A DNA stretch of 63,930 bases, the filler included, from Hyphochytrium catenoides (taxonomy: Eukaryota; Protista; Hyphochytriomycota): assembly GCA_900088475.1 (NCBI GenBank). It is 12 parts of 12 records of this genome, joined end to end, with 100 filler letters (N's around TTAATTAATTAA, not from the genome) between each part and the next. Parts side by side here need not be neighbours in the genome. Positions count along the whole stretch, not along the records: positions 24,699 to 50,309 come from FLMG01000114.1; 11 more parts are not named here. One strand, written 5' to 3'. The stretch's first letter is position 1. Each line of letters opens with the position of its first letter. This document shows, in pieces, positions 37,001 through 49,929 of the stretch. A program made the position numbers and the translations under genes. The notes below the pieces were generated by a model that had not been told where the DNA came from, did no database searches, and saw nothing but the letters and a program-made list of their open reading frames with translations.

Positions 37001-40000
37001 AGATGAGAGGGTGAAAAGGCAATTGCACCTTCAACAATGCCAAAAACGCAGCTTTGGATGGAGCCGAGCAGCTTGACTAGAGGCGAAAGAAGGATTGGGA
37101 GGCTCTCCCCTTTCTCTGTATCGCCTTCTTGATCTCTGTCTCTCCCCTGGTCTGCAATATCAGGCCCAGACGGTCCCGCCAAAGAGTCCATCGCTTCCTC
37201 TTCTGCTCTTTCGAGCAATTGAGCAAAGAGGGCAAGGCCTCTATCCTCGAAGATCTCAGCACGGCTAAGGCCGAAGAGCTTACAAATCGTCTCTGGAGAG
37301 CCTGACAGCCAAGAAAAGTATCTACATAGAAATTTATGACGGGTCTCCCGCTTCTCCTGTCCCTCTTGAGAAGTGCTATCTAGGTGACGGGGAGAGGATG
37401 ACGACAGTAGCTCCTTCAGCAGCCTTAGCTGCTCATCTTGAGACCGACAGAACAAGCCAGCACTTAAGCCCCGGAGATATGCAGATTGTGACACATGAGT
37501 GGCCGGGCCGGGACTTAAAGCCAAAGACAGAAGTGGCCGCCCATCCAAGTCGAGTAGGCTCTCTAGCAGCTTCTCATGGCCCTGGGTCACTGCCAGCTCC
37601 TCCAGCTGAGCGTCCAGCAACTGCAACAGGACTTGAATGGCGTAAGATTCCAGAGTGGTTCCTTTGGCTCCCGTTTCTGGACTCTCGTGCAGATTCTTTT
37701 CTACCCGACTTGGTTCCTTTTCTTCCACTAACTGGGTTGATAGTCCTATCCTTCTCAGCATCTCTTCGTTGTCACTTACTCTTTGGGTGAGATTGCGCAA
37801 TGCCCTGAAGATGGCTTTGAAGCAGCCAACACTCAGCTCTACGGAGTAGCGCACCTGTAGCACTCCTACAGCTGACTCAGGGAGACGGAGAGCCTCCTCC
37901 AGTCTTCCCTGCATGCTGTTGATCTTTCTTCGGAGAGGGAGACTCTGCTTCTTGATCCCAACAGAGCTCTGCCAGCTCTCTTCAAGAATAAAGAGAAACC
38001 TCTCGATGCAGCGAGTAAGTGAAGGCTCTCTCTTCTGCAATGCTCTCTGATGCCTTAGTCGGTCTACCTCCGAGAAGAAAGAGAGTAGCAGACCGGTGAA
38101 AGGAATGGCAGAAGCAGGCTCTTCCTTTTCCAAAGTTGCCGAAAGGTCTGAGAGGATAGAGTTAACACTGAAGGCCCTGAAAGAAGATGGCGTGGGAGTG
38201 TACTCGACACCTTCGTGGGCGAGCCAGCAAGCTATCAGTTCCGTCGCCATCTCTTCAGAGAGCTGCTTACCGCCTTCGAGGCTGTCTTCCTCCCCTGCGG
38301 GCTCAGGAGAATCTGCGGTCTGGGCAGGAGACGCTTTGATTATGTCTTCAACTGTGCCCTTAGGGGTGGAACCGTGGGTTGAAAGGGAGAGGTCCTCAGG
38401 GTCTGCTTTCGTCTCTTCAATTTTCCCTTGCTTCTTCGCTTCGTTGGTAGCCTGGGTGGCCTTGTCTGGCTCTTCCTTTGGCTCCAAAAGCCGCTTTGCC
38501 TTCTGAAGGCCGAAGCCCCTTCGTATAAGGGAAATGCGCCTGTCGAGGATTTGTGGTGGAACCATCGTCACTCCCTTCGGAACAGTCTCTCCCCTGCCAG
38601 GGCCAGAGTTGCAGAAAGCCTGGAAGGTCCCGTCCATAAGGTTGTATGCCCAGAGAGAGTCGGTTTTATAAGAGTAGGCCATTGAAGTCCCAGCCACAAT
38701 GCCAAAAGAGGGAGACAGAGGGACATCCCCTAAAAATTGGCCACTTGGCAGACCGAAACACCGGGCATAGTGGGACGAGGTCGAGGAGGAAAGAGGAGGT
38801 GACGGAGATAAAGCTGAGAGAGATCCTGACGGCAGGAGAGCTATCAGCTGTGGGCCCGTGCAGTAGAAAGTTCCTGTGGCAAGCAGTCCGGGCTCTAGAA
38901 TGGGCTCTCCTCCCTCTGAATGGAGCTCGATGAAGGAGACGAGAGGAAGATAGCGGCGCGGAGACGCTGCTTTTAAAGCCTGAAGAAGCACCTCCGCCGC
39001 TCTATTTAACTCATAGTTTGAGAGCTTTAGCCCCTCTTTGCATCGCACAGAAGAGAGAGACGGAAGAGCCTCTTGAAGCCTCCTCTCTAAGGCCCTGATC
39101 TCAGTCTTCCCTAAGGTTGAACGTACTTGAGTGAGGAGGGATGAGAGGTGCTTTGAAGACTTGACAAGCGCTAGTGCGGTCGCTGCAAACTTATCTATTG
39201 TCTCCACCACAATCCACTTATTCTCCCCGTCCGCCTGCAAAGCCTCGAGAGAGATATTTTCTCCTATGGTCAAGAGTAAGAAAAAGAAGAAGGAAGAGAG
39301 AGGGAGAGAGAGAGAGTCTATTTCAGCGCTCATATTCATGAAGGGATCGACAAACAAAAGCTTTGCAAAAGAGGTAGATTAGAGAAGAGACACGTGAAGA
39401 AGGGCAATAGACCGGTGCATCTTACGAGCAAGGCACACCATAGAAAGGCGTTGGAGCAAAAGAGATGTGAGGCTGAGCTCTACCTGTTAGTGACTCTACA
39501 AAGGACTGAAGGGCCGCAGGAGACACAATCTCCTCGGTTATTGGACTGCCAGCCTCTCCTTGGCCGTCAAGGTTGCCCAGCACCTCAGCCNNNNNNNNNN
39601 NNNNNNNNNNNNCGTTCCCATCCTCATACACAGCGAGGATGGTAGCCTCCTCTCCGCTGTCCAAGATCGCTCTATCCCCTACATGCCATTCGCGTCTCTC
39701 TCCTACTGGCAAAACTGGACTCTGTGTTTGCCTTGAAAGCACAGGAACGTTCTCAAGTCTTCTTCTCGACGAGCTCTCCTCCTCACTCTCTTTCATCTTT
39801 TCCTGTTCTTTCTCAGAGCTAGCCTCTGTCTTGATAGTGCAGGTCTTAGAGAAGCAGTTCTGGCACAAGTCATAGTCACACGTATCACAGCGGAAGCGTC
39901 CCTCTTGCCATCCGCCCGAACATCCTGCCAGGCCTCCATCACAGCTCCAAGCAGTCTGAAGTGACGATGGGGCCAGAGGATGGGGATGGGAAGACGAGAA

Positions 40001-42790
40001 GAGCTGGGAGACTTTAGAGACAGCGATCTCCAGCTTCCCTTGAGATGGAGAAGATGAAGAACCTCCTCCTTCTGGGGCGTCGTCTAGGTCATCTTCTTCC
40101 TCAAATTCATCAGGAGGAAGCTGTGCTATTTGGGAAGGGTCATAGGTGTAAAGAAGGAAAGAATAACGCAGGATCTCCTTCTCCCTCTTGCTCTTCGCAG
40201 GGAGAGGGAAACGATTCGCAATCTTTCCTCCTTTCTCCTCTATAATGACCAGATCATAGCAGTCCTCGGCGCCCCATCTGTACGTGTTGGTCCTGTCGTT
40301 CTTGTCCCATCTTACCGTCACGCCTACCTTCTCTACTCCTCCCCATGAGCCAATCTTCTCCACCGTCCCGGGCGCCCCAGCTACACCATCCTGATCTCCC
40401 CACTTCCAGTCTGGGCCCCTAACCACCCGGCTTCCCACCTGCATGACAGCGCGAGGGTCTGTCGTGCTTTCTCTCTTCCCATCTCCCCCCGAGGCATGCG
40501 AGACAAAGGTTAGATCATAAAAAAGCCTTCCTCTCTTCCCTGGTACCCCCCAGCGGTACGTGTTGGACCCACTGGCGTCCCACTTAACGCTCACTCCCGT
40601 TCCCATCTTGCCTCCTGCCCCCCATCCTCCAACTTTCACCACTGTCCCAAGCTTGCCAGCACCTCCGTCCTGGTCTCCCCATTTCCAATCGGGCCCTCTC
40701 ATCACCCGCATCCCCACCTCCAAGGCAGGCATTGCAGAGCCCGTGCGCTGGCTTCTCCTCCTTCTCCGTCTATCTCCTGTATGTTGCGTGTCGCCGATTC
40801 TCCCTCCTGGCTTGTGCTCGTCTTTGTCTATGTAGGAGATAAGGTAGAGAAGATGCCCGTCGGAAAAGAGAGGGCAGATCGAGCCAGAATGGCTGACAGG
40901 GGCTGCAGAAAGTGTAGAACCCAGCTCTAACGTTTGAACCACAGTCAAATCCTCAGTGCAGATTTGGTCAAGCTGAGAGGCCACCATGGAAGAGCTTCGG
41001 CAGTAAAGAAAGCCCTGAGCATAGGCCAGCCATACTCTTTCCCCTCCACCTCTCTCTCTTTCGGACCGGTAGTCTTCATTGCTCGCATAGACAAGCCCCT
41101 GCACCGTGGAGAAAGCTCCAGTCCCCACCTTCAGCAGGCCCCTGCTATTGTGTATATAGAGGTACTTGCCATCAGTGGCTAAAGCGTCGCACGAGGAGGT
41201 GGATGAGGAAGACAGAGAGGATGGAGGTTGTTCAAAGCAAAATGAGGATTGTGCGCTGGCCTCTACAGGTACCGCATAGCCCTCTCCATAACCGGCCGAG
41301 TGAAACTTCCGGGCAAAGGAAAGAAGAGCATGAGCATGAGCTTTTACCGTCCCGGAGGAAAGAGAAAGATCGGTCGTGTAGGGAAGAATGCGAAGAAAGA
41401 GGTCAAGACCACATATAAGGAGATGAGGAGAGCCGGTCAGGACCCCTAGTCCAAAGAGTGCGGTCCCTATCCCAAAAATGAACTCCACGGCGTGCGGAGA
41501 GAGGGAGAAAGGCCGTGTCGCCTGCTCATCCTGTTCACTCTCGCCACGGTTCCCCCTGTTTATAAACATTGAGAACGTTAGGGGCCATCAAACGTCAGCC
41601 CAAGACGTGAGGGACAGAAAGACTGAGGGGTGGATGTAGGAAGAAAGACATATATGTAACGAGAGGAGAAAGGTGCAATCCTCAATAAACTCCAGGGGCG
41701 AAAGTGCTGGAGGTGTACGAAGAGCCACGTGGAATAGAGAGACGACAAGAGAAAAGCACAAACAAAATTGAAGAGGGACAGAGGGAGACACAGAGACACA
41801 CAGAGAATGAGAGAGAGAGAAATAGAAAACAAAGAAGAGAAAACTGGGGGGAAGAGAGAGAGGGAGAGTCAGGAGAGAAAAGTGGGGCTTGGTGTAAAGA
41901 GAAAAGTTGTGATTGAGGTCAGGTCATCCCACGACTTACCCCAATCCGAGCCGTGCCGCCAAATCCAGGCACTCCTGCACAAAGGCATCCAGGTTGATAG
42001 GATCATACCGAAGGGAGAGAGGCTCCAGCTCGCTAAGCCTTGCCAAAAACTTGTGCAGGTTCTCTGGCTCCTCTTCCCATTGCTGTGGGTTCCTCCCTAT
42101 TATCGACGGCCAAAGACGTGGACCGGGAATGTCGCTTTTGTCCAGCGAGTACGCGTCTGCAGTCCGCCAAGCGTGCTCATCCTAACCCAAAGAGAGATTC
42201 CAAGGGACAAGGAAAGAGAAGAAGAGTTAGACCAAGAAGGAGAAGCATTGACGTCCAAGACAAAGAAGAGAAGACTTGAAATGACGTACTTGATGCAGAT
42301 GCTCTTCCCCTCTTTGTGCCGGATCTACCATGTCAGCCACCAGTGAGTGAAGGACAGCGCTTCTTTTCGCTAGCAGAGTCGTCTGCTTCTCTCTTGCAGA
42401 TTTGGCAATGCGATCTATCGCCTCCAGGCAGCATCTACGAACCCTGTCTCTAACTTCGGAAGAAGGATCAAGGAGGAACTCCTTGAAGATATCGTCGAAA
42501 GGGGCTGGCAAGGAAACTTGAGATCCTTCTCCGGCATCTGTCTTCTTCTCGTCGTACAAGGAGCTTTTGATGCTTGCACTTTTCGAGCGATGGGAGAGAC
42601 TAGCATCGCTTTCCCCATTACCTTCTAATAATTGGCATGCCTTGGTAGAGTGAAAATACTCATGAAACATTACGCCGTCGTTGAACAAGACGACGTCAGA
42701 AAGGCGCCGCAGCTTCTCCCAGCTCTGCTGGTTGAAAGGCACTGCCTGGGCGTGCCCGCAAACCGTGGGCGGCGCCTTTGTCCGAGCCAT
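25079..42790 (-). CDS. Giant HECT E3 ubiquitin ligase (HECTD4/HERC2-like), 3'-partial, at least 4810 aa. Exons 42790-42290, 42181-41940, 41555-39484, 39263-37029, 36720-34533, 34265-34026, 33837-32788, 32563-31213, 31037-30537, 30291-28996, 28718-27144, 26949-26556, 26312-25714, 25264-25079
   Basis: 13 phase-compatible GT-AG introns. HECT N-lobe ([61 protein letters not shown]); 2x MIB/HERC2 ([15 protein letters not shown]...YRWG) at 40247-40723; ZZ at about 32430-32563; degenerate ZZ at 39851-39949; NZF at 27624-27698; VESAHPY module. The catalytic Cys lies beyond the contig end. Confidence 0.92.
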
Positions 42791-43694
42791 TCTCCTGGAA
42801 CCAGAAGTCTATGCTACGTAAGGGGTTCCGCCTGGATCCAAGAAGATCAAGCTCATGGGAGCGGTCCGCTCCACCCTATTTAGGGGCGGATTAAAGGGCA
42901 GCGAGAGTTCCGAAAGAGTTTTGCCAGCTGCTGAGAGTTCTACGCTACCCTCGTCGAAAGTCTCATACAATAGAAGGTCAGAGTGCAACCCCTAGAACGC
43001 TGCAAGTTCTCAAGCTTCCGAAACTAGGTCTAACGTCAGGGCCAGTCGGGCCTCACTCGAGGAGGCAGTTTAACGAGTGCCAATAATCTATAATATCTAA
43101 CTAACGGGGCACTAATAAGACGCGAGGCATCAAGATTCTGACCAGAATCCGCAGAGATTTGAGACGAAGCTTCCAGATGAGAAAAGATGAAAGATGAAGA
43201 CTGTGGCCCACAAAGACACAAGAGATACGAAGAGAGACAAGAACTTTGATACAGAGAAACCAAGAGGTAGGTTATCCTTAGGAATAATGCCTATCCTTGC
43301 AAAGGAAGAATGAAAAAGAGATATGATACGCTCAAGACAGATGACGGAGAGAATAGCTTATAATCTTCCAGTTTACGAAGTGGAATTTCTAATCCTCGAA
43401 CTGATGTGGTTATCAACAATATTGCTTATTGGTTACCAATACCTTTGATTCTTCCTCTGATTCTTTGTCGCTTCTGCCGCCAACCTTCCCGCAATTTTCT
43501 GCTGATTCTTGAGTGCCAATGAAGCTTCACTTGAGGCTCAACCTCCAGCTTCTGAAAGAAGCGGGTGAAGCACGAGCTTATTTGCAGCCTCTGAAGGTCA
43601 ATAGGAGGAATCGAGTGTCCACTGCCAGTTATCGAAGGAGTGCCAGGCAGAAGAGCAGGCCCATAGGTGGACTGTTTTGCCTTCTTGAATAAGA

Positions 43695-44931
43695 ATGGGA
43701 GATTCGAACACCACAGTAGTAGCGGAGGTCCGGAAGGACTTTTATAAAATCCTTGGCGTTGACAAGAAAGCTTCGGAGGCAGAAATAAAGACGGCGTATC
43801 GCAAGTTGGCCCTAGTCTACCATCCAGATAGAAACAAAGGCAGTCCGGAAGCAGGTAAATTAGTCCGCTACTACCTGTCTTTAGAGTCGCACGTAAGCTG
43901 ACGTGGCTCTGCCTCCCGTAGCTGAGAAGTTCAAGGAAGTCTCCACGGCCTACGCTGTCCTATCAGACCCCAACAAGCGCCGGCAGTTTGACCTCGCCGG
44001 CGAGTCTGGCGAAGCGTTTGAATTTGAGAGTGTGAATGTGGAGGAGGTGGGTAACCTTGGCCGAGTGTTTGGCGCATTGTTTAGCAAAATGGGCATCCCC
44101 ATTCCTACGGCGGTAGGCCAGTCGACACTGGATGCCGCGCGAGACATTGCTGAAGGACGGATGCCAAAAGTTCCGCCTCGCGACGTTGCGTTTGGGGAGG
44201 TGATCAAGGCTAAGGTGGACCGGCAGGACGCGCACTTTTACAAGCTGAAGGTATCGCCAGAGGATGCGGAGAAGGGTATTGTGGTTACCTGTCGCTCACC
44301 TGCAAAGAGCAAGTTCAAGCTCATACTCTTTGACGATCGAGGCGGAGTCAGACTTGTGCAGGAGAGCGCCTCCCGCAAGGCTTACACTTGGGCCGATATG
44401 TACTTCACAAAGTTCGAAACTCTCTCTCTCACCGAGACCCTTCTCAACCTCCAGCTTGATGACGAGGTCCCTCCTCTTTTCCATCAGCTAGACACTTTAG
44501 AGGCCAACAACGACAAGCTGGAAGCCGGTGAGCATCTCTTTGCGGTCTATGGCGATAACTGGATTCAGAAGGTCAGCTATACGTTGAAGATCATGGTGGT
44601 AGAGCCGAAGGCGCCATCAATAGATGAGATACAGAAGCTAGAAACGGAGCTGCTGAAAAAGAAGGAAGATCTTTCCAAGTTCCAGACGGAATTTATGGCA
44701 GCGAAGGCTGCTTTTGAGGCTGTAATCAAGAAGTTTGAGGAAGAGTCCAAGCAGACTGAAGACTTGCTCCTCAGTCGTGAGAAGGCTTACGATGAGTTCA
44801 TCGAGGCCTGTGCAGCCAAATATGAGGACCCAAATGCGGCAAAGACTGAGCAGCAAAGTAGAACCTTCTTCTCATCCTGGGGCTGGGGCGGCGGGAGCTC
44901 AACTAGCTCCGGAAAGGCAGTGAAGCAGTGA
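43695..44931 (+). CDS. J-domain co-chaperone, ARG1 (plant dnaJ15/16)-like. Exons 43695-43854, 43922-44931
   Basis: J domain with HPD ([13 protein letters not shown]...[21 protein letters not shown]); ARG1-type motifs [33 protein letters not shown]; C-terminal coiled coil; 67-nt intron. Confidence 0.9.
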
Positions 44932-45061
44932 ATGTACTGGCTGGGCATGAAGCCATAAAGTTGGAGGAAGCGGAGATATGTTAAATCGACTTAAGAATAG
45001 CTTGGCAGCTTCGGGCGATTGTAAATAGCTAAATAATATGAGCCCTGCTATCAGCGGCCGG

Positions 45062-45490
45062 TTACTGTTGCTGCTGCGAAGCCTGCTGGATGCCTTCCAA
45101 GAGCCGTTGTATGCGGTTCTTCATATTTCCTAAGTCTTTCTCGACGTGCTCCACAAACGCGGGATCAGCTTTCTTGTCTGAACTCTGCACTTCGGGTGCT
45201 TGCCTCTCTTGATTGTTGTTATGCCCGTCGGTCTCATCGTCGCTGACTTCTACATTGTAAGCCTTATTCGTCAGTACCGACGCAATCGGTAAGCTAACAA
45301 AAACATAGCATTTACCTTCAGCTTTGTCCTTCTCTTGGTTTTCCATCTTCACCTTGAAGCTATTGATCTTCTGAGCTAGCTCGTGCAGTTGTACGGATAC
45401 CTCTAACTCGTCCTCTTCTTCGACGATGTCTTCTTCATAAGAAACTGAGCGATCTTCCTCTTCCCCGCAGTCTTTACTTCGTACATCCAT
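45062..45490 (-). CDS. Small acidic coiled-coil hypothetical protein, about 120 aa. Exons 45490-45316, 45249-45062
   Basis: ATG at 45490; 66-nt phase-1 GT-AG intron with a CTGAC branch motif; heptad-like helices LHELAQKINSFKVKM and VEKDLGNMKNRIQRLLEGI. Confidence 0.55.
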   Translation of the reverse strand: MDVRSKDCGEEEDRSVSYEEDIVEEEDELEVSVQLHELAQKINSFKVKMENQEKDKAEGKCYVFVSLPIASVLTNKAYNVEVSDDETDGHNNNQERQAPEVQSSDKKADPAFVEHVEKDLGNMKNRIQRLLEGIQQASQQQQ

Positions 45491-46111
45491 GCTTGCTCGT
45501 GCTAAGAAGACCGCGACTAGAGTATAGAAGAGAGGTTCGGAGAAATGGTGCAAGAATCCTGTCCTTGGGTCCCTCGGTAGGCCTACTAACAGTAGTTCTG
45601 CCCCTTAGTCTGCTCCTGCGATGGCCTCGATCCCTAACTATCTCAACTTTGAGAGAGTTAGTGGCCCTTCCACCTTGCTGCTCAGTCGCTCAATCACTCA
45701 GTAAAGACAAAGTAGACGGACCTAGAAAGCCTAGGAAGAGTGTTGATCATCCGTCTTGCTATCTGAACATCCTGGGCAGCGTCAGCAGCCGCCCAGCAGG
45801 TGCCGAGAACACCAGGAACAGCCGCATAATCCTTGCTTCTGGCTGATCTGTCTGGGTCTTCCTAGGATGATGGTGGCGATTCATCATCAATGAAACCAAC
45901 TCCCATATCACCGATTACTTTTAAGAAGTGTTATGTGATAATCACAGCTAGGTGGTCGGTCGGTTGGGAAAGGGCTTGTCCACGATTTACGTGCTGTTTG
46001 GAGTGAACTCGGTTGGTTGGCACAAGGCAGCAATTTAGTTTTTGGTGATCTGATTTTGTCAGAAACACCATCAATAAGGACAGTTTGTGCAAGTTGATGG
46101 CAAGAGCAGAG

Positions 46112-46167
<56 letters not shown>

Positions 46168-46877
46168 CAAGATGTTGGAAGAGGAAGGAACCGGAAGAGG
46201 CCATGCGGTCTACTAACAGTACTTGTAGGAGGACCACCGTCTCAAAGGCTGGCCGTCTCATGATTCGCGGTCACTGATAGAGGCAAAGAGGGAGGCCCCA
46301 GGACCTGTCAGGGCGACAGGTTGCAGGGAAACAGGTTATGAGTGAGGAACTACACTCGGCGGTTCTTGATCGGCAATGGTCCTCTTATTTAGTAGGTACG
46401 ACTACTGCTCCAATACCGCTGAAGCAGAGGAGTTTGGCGCTGTGAGCCTCCAAACAGAACCGGGAGGAAAAGCTCGCAGGACAGTCGAGTGGCTCCTTAC
46501 CATTGGACCAACAATGGACCTCTGACTCGGACGCTAACAACGGACACGTTACGGGCTTAAGAATAGAGGTTAGAAGAAGTGCAACATCCTTGTCAGAAGT
46601 GGTGCCGCTCAACTACAACGGAGGATGATCCACCGTGTGCCCGGCGGCTGGATGGATCTCATCTAACCCTAAGCAAATCTTTCCTTAGACAAGTCCGTCC
46701 GCCATTGGACGAGCGATCACGAGGATATGCAAAGCTAGTTGAGTCACCATCAACCCCGCCTCGGAACAGTCTCTTACCTAGCCTTCGTGGAAAGGAGGGT
46801 TGTATCAATATCTCATCGCTACTCCATGCTTTGGATGCTTTCGGGTGGGGCGCTGCATATGGCTACCAATTGACTTC

Positions 46878-47648
46878 TTAGTCTTCATTCAAAGGCTCTG
46901 CGGCCGCCATCTCCAGCGCGCACTTGATCACAGTCATTACGTGGTCTGGGTAACTAATTTGTAGGGCAAGACTGTGGCCGGCATCGCTCATTTTCTTCCA
47001 GGTCTTCGCGAATATGTTGGCCAGTTTGTCTGCGTCGCCTTCTAATCCATCCACAAACTTAGCTGACTGCTCCTCCAGAAAGACTAGGCAGGCTGCATCC
47101 TCGAGGGTTTGCGCTTCCTCGTCTGTCTTCAGGTTCTTTTTGAGGACCAAGTCTCGGACTCGCGCCGCAAAAGGAGCGTCAAAGCCTGCACCCAAGATGA
47201 TCTCTTCTGCTCGCTTTCCTTGCCGAATCTTGGCGTCAGTCCGCCATCTAAGATAGCCTTCTCGGGTCTTGGGATACGAGTCTCTGGGCAACATCCAGCG
47301 CTCTAAGTGCTGGCATCTACCAGCGAGGCGTAGACCTATTGAAGGCTTGGGATTGAGGCGGTGAATCCACTTCATGATGCTTTGACTGTACACCACCTCC
47401 GCACCAACATCTGAGTTGTCTCCGGCCGAAACTCTGGTTGGGTCCTGGTTGTGTGCAGCATCGATCAGCTGATTCAGAGCTTCCTCTCGCTGCTGCTGCT
47501 GCTTCTTGTCATCAGTCTTCTGTCGTCGGCGTCTTCTCAGCATCACAATCCCACCAGCCACCAGCATCACAGAGCCAGTAACCAACAGGGGTCCCAATAG
47601 ACGATAAAAAGAGGAGACGCGGAAGTGATTCGTCCCATGGTTGGCCAT
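46878..47648 (-). CDS. DUF4202 family protein with an N-terminal transmembrane anchor, intronless
   Basis: IDAAHNQDP, LRLAGRCQHLERWMLPRDSYPKTREGYLRWR, KKNLKTDEEAQTLEDAACLVFLE, KTWKKMS match DUF4202 motifs; hydrophobic LLGPLLVTGSVMLVAGGIVML followed by RRRRR. Confidence 0.85.
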   Translation of the reverse strand: MANHGTNHFRVSSFYRLLGPLLVTGSVMLVAGGIVMLRRRRRQKTDDKKQQQQREEALNQLIDAAHNQDPTRVSAGDNSDVGAEVVYSQSIMKWIHRLNPKPSIGLRLAGRCQHLERWMLPRDSYPKTREGYLRWRTDAKIRQGKRAEEIILGAGFDAPFAARVRDLVLKKNLKTDEEAQTLEDAACLVFLEEQSAKFVDGLEGDADKLANIFAKTWKKMSDAGHSLALQISYPDHVMTVIKCALEMAAAEPLNED

Positions 47649-48036
47649 GATCTCACCTTTCACGCGACAGCTTCCTAAGCACTAGTAGTAGTACCACCAC
47701 CCTACCACCTCACGTAGCACTGAGCGCGCTTGCCTGGCCTAACTAATAACGAGGAAGAAAGGGCAAGCTAGTGAAGGCTGAGAGGCGTCTGTGAGTGAAT
47801 GAGAAGAGTGTTGCGCGGCAACCACCATCTGCAGATGAGCAGAGGAGAGAGAGAGGGAGAGAGAGCTGCAGAGAAGGGAGAGGGAGAGAGAGAGAATCAG
47901 CAGCAGCAGCACCAGGAAGAAGCTGAACCTCAAGGATTCTGATGCTTCCTTCCCCCTGTCGTCCCCCCGCCAATTCTAGCGGCTAACCGCTTTTTCTATT
48001 TAAGGCGCTAACGACTAGGCAGTCGCGGATGTGTGT

Positions 48037-48050
48037 TGAAGATACGAGGC

Positions 48051-48087
<37 letters not shown>

Positions 48088-48118
48088 TCTGAGAGAGAGA
48101 GAGAGAGAGAGAGAGAGT

Positions 48119-48150
<32 letters not shown>

Positions 48151-48228
48151 TCAAAGTGATCGAGGATATTCTGGTCTTCTGGTTCCGGCATCTCATCAGG
48201 GCCATGAAGATACGAAGAGTCAGAGACG

Positions 48229-48264
<36 letters not shown>

Positions 48265-48347
48265 CGGGAAGGGGGAGAAGAGAGATCGAAAGTGATCGAG
48301 TGATCGAGGATGTATTCTGATCTTGGTTCCAGCAGCTTACAGGGCCA
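48037..48347. repeat. Two-copy tandem duplication containing (AG)n (48037-48204 and 48205-48347)
   Basis: Both copies read TGAAGATACGA..GTCAGAG-(AG)n-GATC.AAAGTGATCGAG..TATTCTG.TCTT..GGTTCC..CAGGGCCA. Confidence 0.75.
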
Positions 48348-49086
48348 AGCCGGTCCAGGTACTAAGAGAGTAGCCATAGAGGAGCAGCGTCAGTCCAGAT
48401 ATTATAACTCTTCAGGGACCAAGACCAAGAGGACCTCACACCCTGCAGCCGCAGAGTTTGGTGCCAGACCCTGAGAGAGAGAGAGTGCAGGGAGAGAGAG
48501 AGAGACACCCGTCATTGAGCAGGTGAGAAGGGGCACGAAAGGAGGGCGAACATATTGAACAGGAAAACCCGACGACGTTCAAACTCCCTTCCTGAAGTTA
48601 ATCCGAACGGTGAAAGCGAGGAGAGAGAAAGGAGAGGCAACGAGACGCTGGGAGAGACATTGGGGGAGAGAGACAGAGAGATACAGAGAAAGTGAGAGAG
48701 AGAAAAGGCATCGAGACTCATCATCTGTCAGGGATGAGCTTCTCCCTTGCTCTTTGGAGTGGAAGACAGACCCAGAGCGTTTGCTGGACGGTCGGCCGGC
48801 TCTCCGGAAAGAAGGTTGTTTAACTGTCCGGGCTCTTAGTAGCCAAGCTCCGGCGTCACTTAGTCCAGATCTCTCTCCTTCCTCTTTTGGTTCTATATGC
48901 TCTGTCTCTCCATCTTCATTCTTACTCCACATTACTTGTCACCTCCTCTTCCTCTCTCTCCCTCTCTTCTCCATCTCTTTCGCACTCTCTCCTTCTCTCG
49001 GCCCCACTCTTCTGCCCCTCGCTTTCCCCTCCTCTCGGTCTCCGACTCACTCTCCTTCTTCTATTTCTCTCTCTCTCACTCTTCCT

Positions 49087-49117
<31 letters not shown>

Positions 49118-49154
49118 CCTCTCTCTCTTTCTCTCTCTTTTTCTCTCTCGCTCG

Positions 49155-49190
<36 letters not shown>

Positions 49191-49196
49191 GGCTAG

Positions 49197-49417
49197 CGGT
49201 TGATAGGGGGCTTCCTACCAGGGGGGCACCAGCGTCGGTCCTTTCACGTAGGTGCGGGACTCTCTCCTCCTCCAAAGTGCTCTCGAGTCTCTCTTCTAAC
49301 ACAGTCTCTTCCGTCTCCTTGTCGGTGTCCTAACAGAGTTGGTCCCGATATTCGAGGATAACTATGGTCAGTGAGTGGAAGTCTCCAAAGTCACAGCAGA
49401 GACATAGATCTACTTAT

Positions 49418-49471
<54 letters not shown>

Positions 49472-49507
49472 GCTTTCTCTCTCTCTCGTTTTTCCCTTCT
49501 CTCTCTG

Positions 49508-49548
<41 letters not shown>

Positions 49549-49877
49549 CTCTCTCCCGTTTTTCCCTTCTCTCTTTCTCTCTCTCCCACCCGGTCTATTC
49601 ACTTCCCTTCTTCTCGCTCCCTCTGAATCTTGCTTCGTTTTCTCTGTCTCCATCTCCTATTGACTCTTTTATCTTACTCGCTCTCCCTCTCTCGAATGCT
49701 TTGAATTCTTGATGCTTGTAAGCCTCTCTGTCTCTCTTCCTTCGCCCATATGCTTTTCCCTTTCTCCACTCTCTCGCTCGCACTCTCATTCCCACTCTAA
49801 ATCTTTCGATCAATTTAACTATATGTCTTTCTCTTTGCCTTCCTCTCTCTCTCTCTCTTCCCCTCTCTCTCTCTTTT

Positions 49878-49929
<52 letters not shown>

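Noticed and set aside
46330-46342. AACAGGTTATGAG, a copia PBS-like word
   Set aside because: No gag or recognisable LTR nearby, so it is probably chance or an unresolvable remnant
2714-47663. Alternative genetic code explaining fragmented ORFs
   Set aside because: Breaks coincide with phase-compatible GT-AG introns, and TAG, TGA and TAA all occur as normal terminal stops
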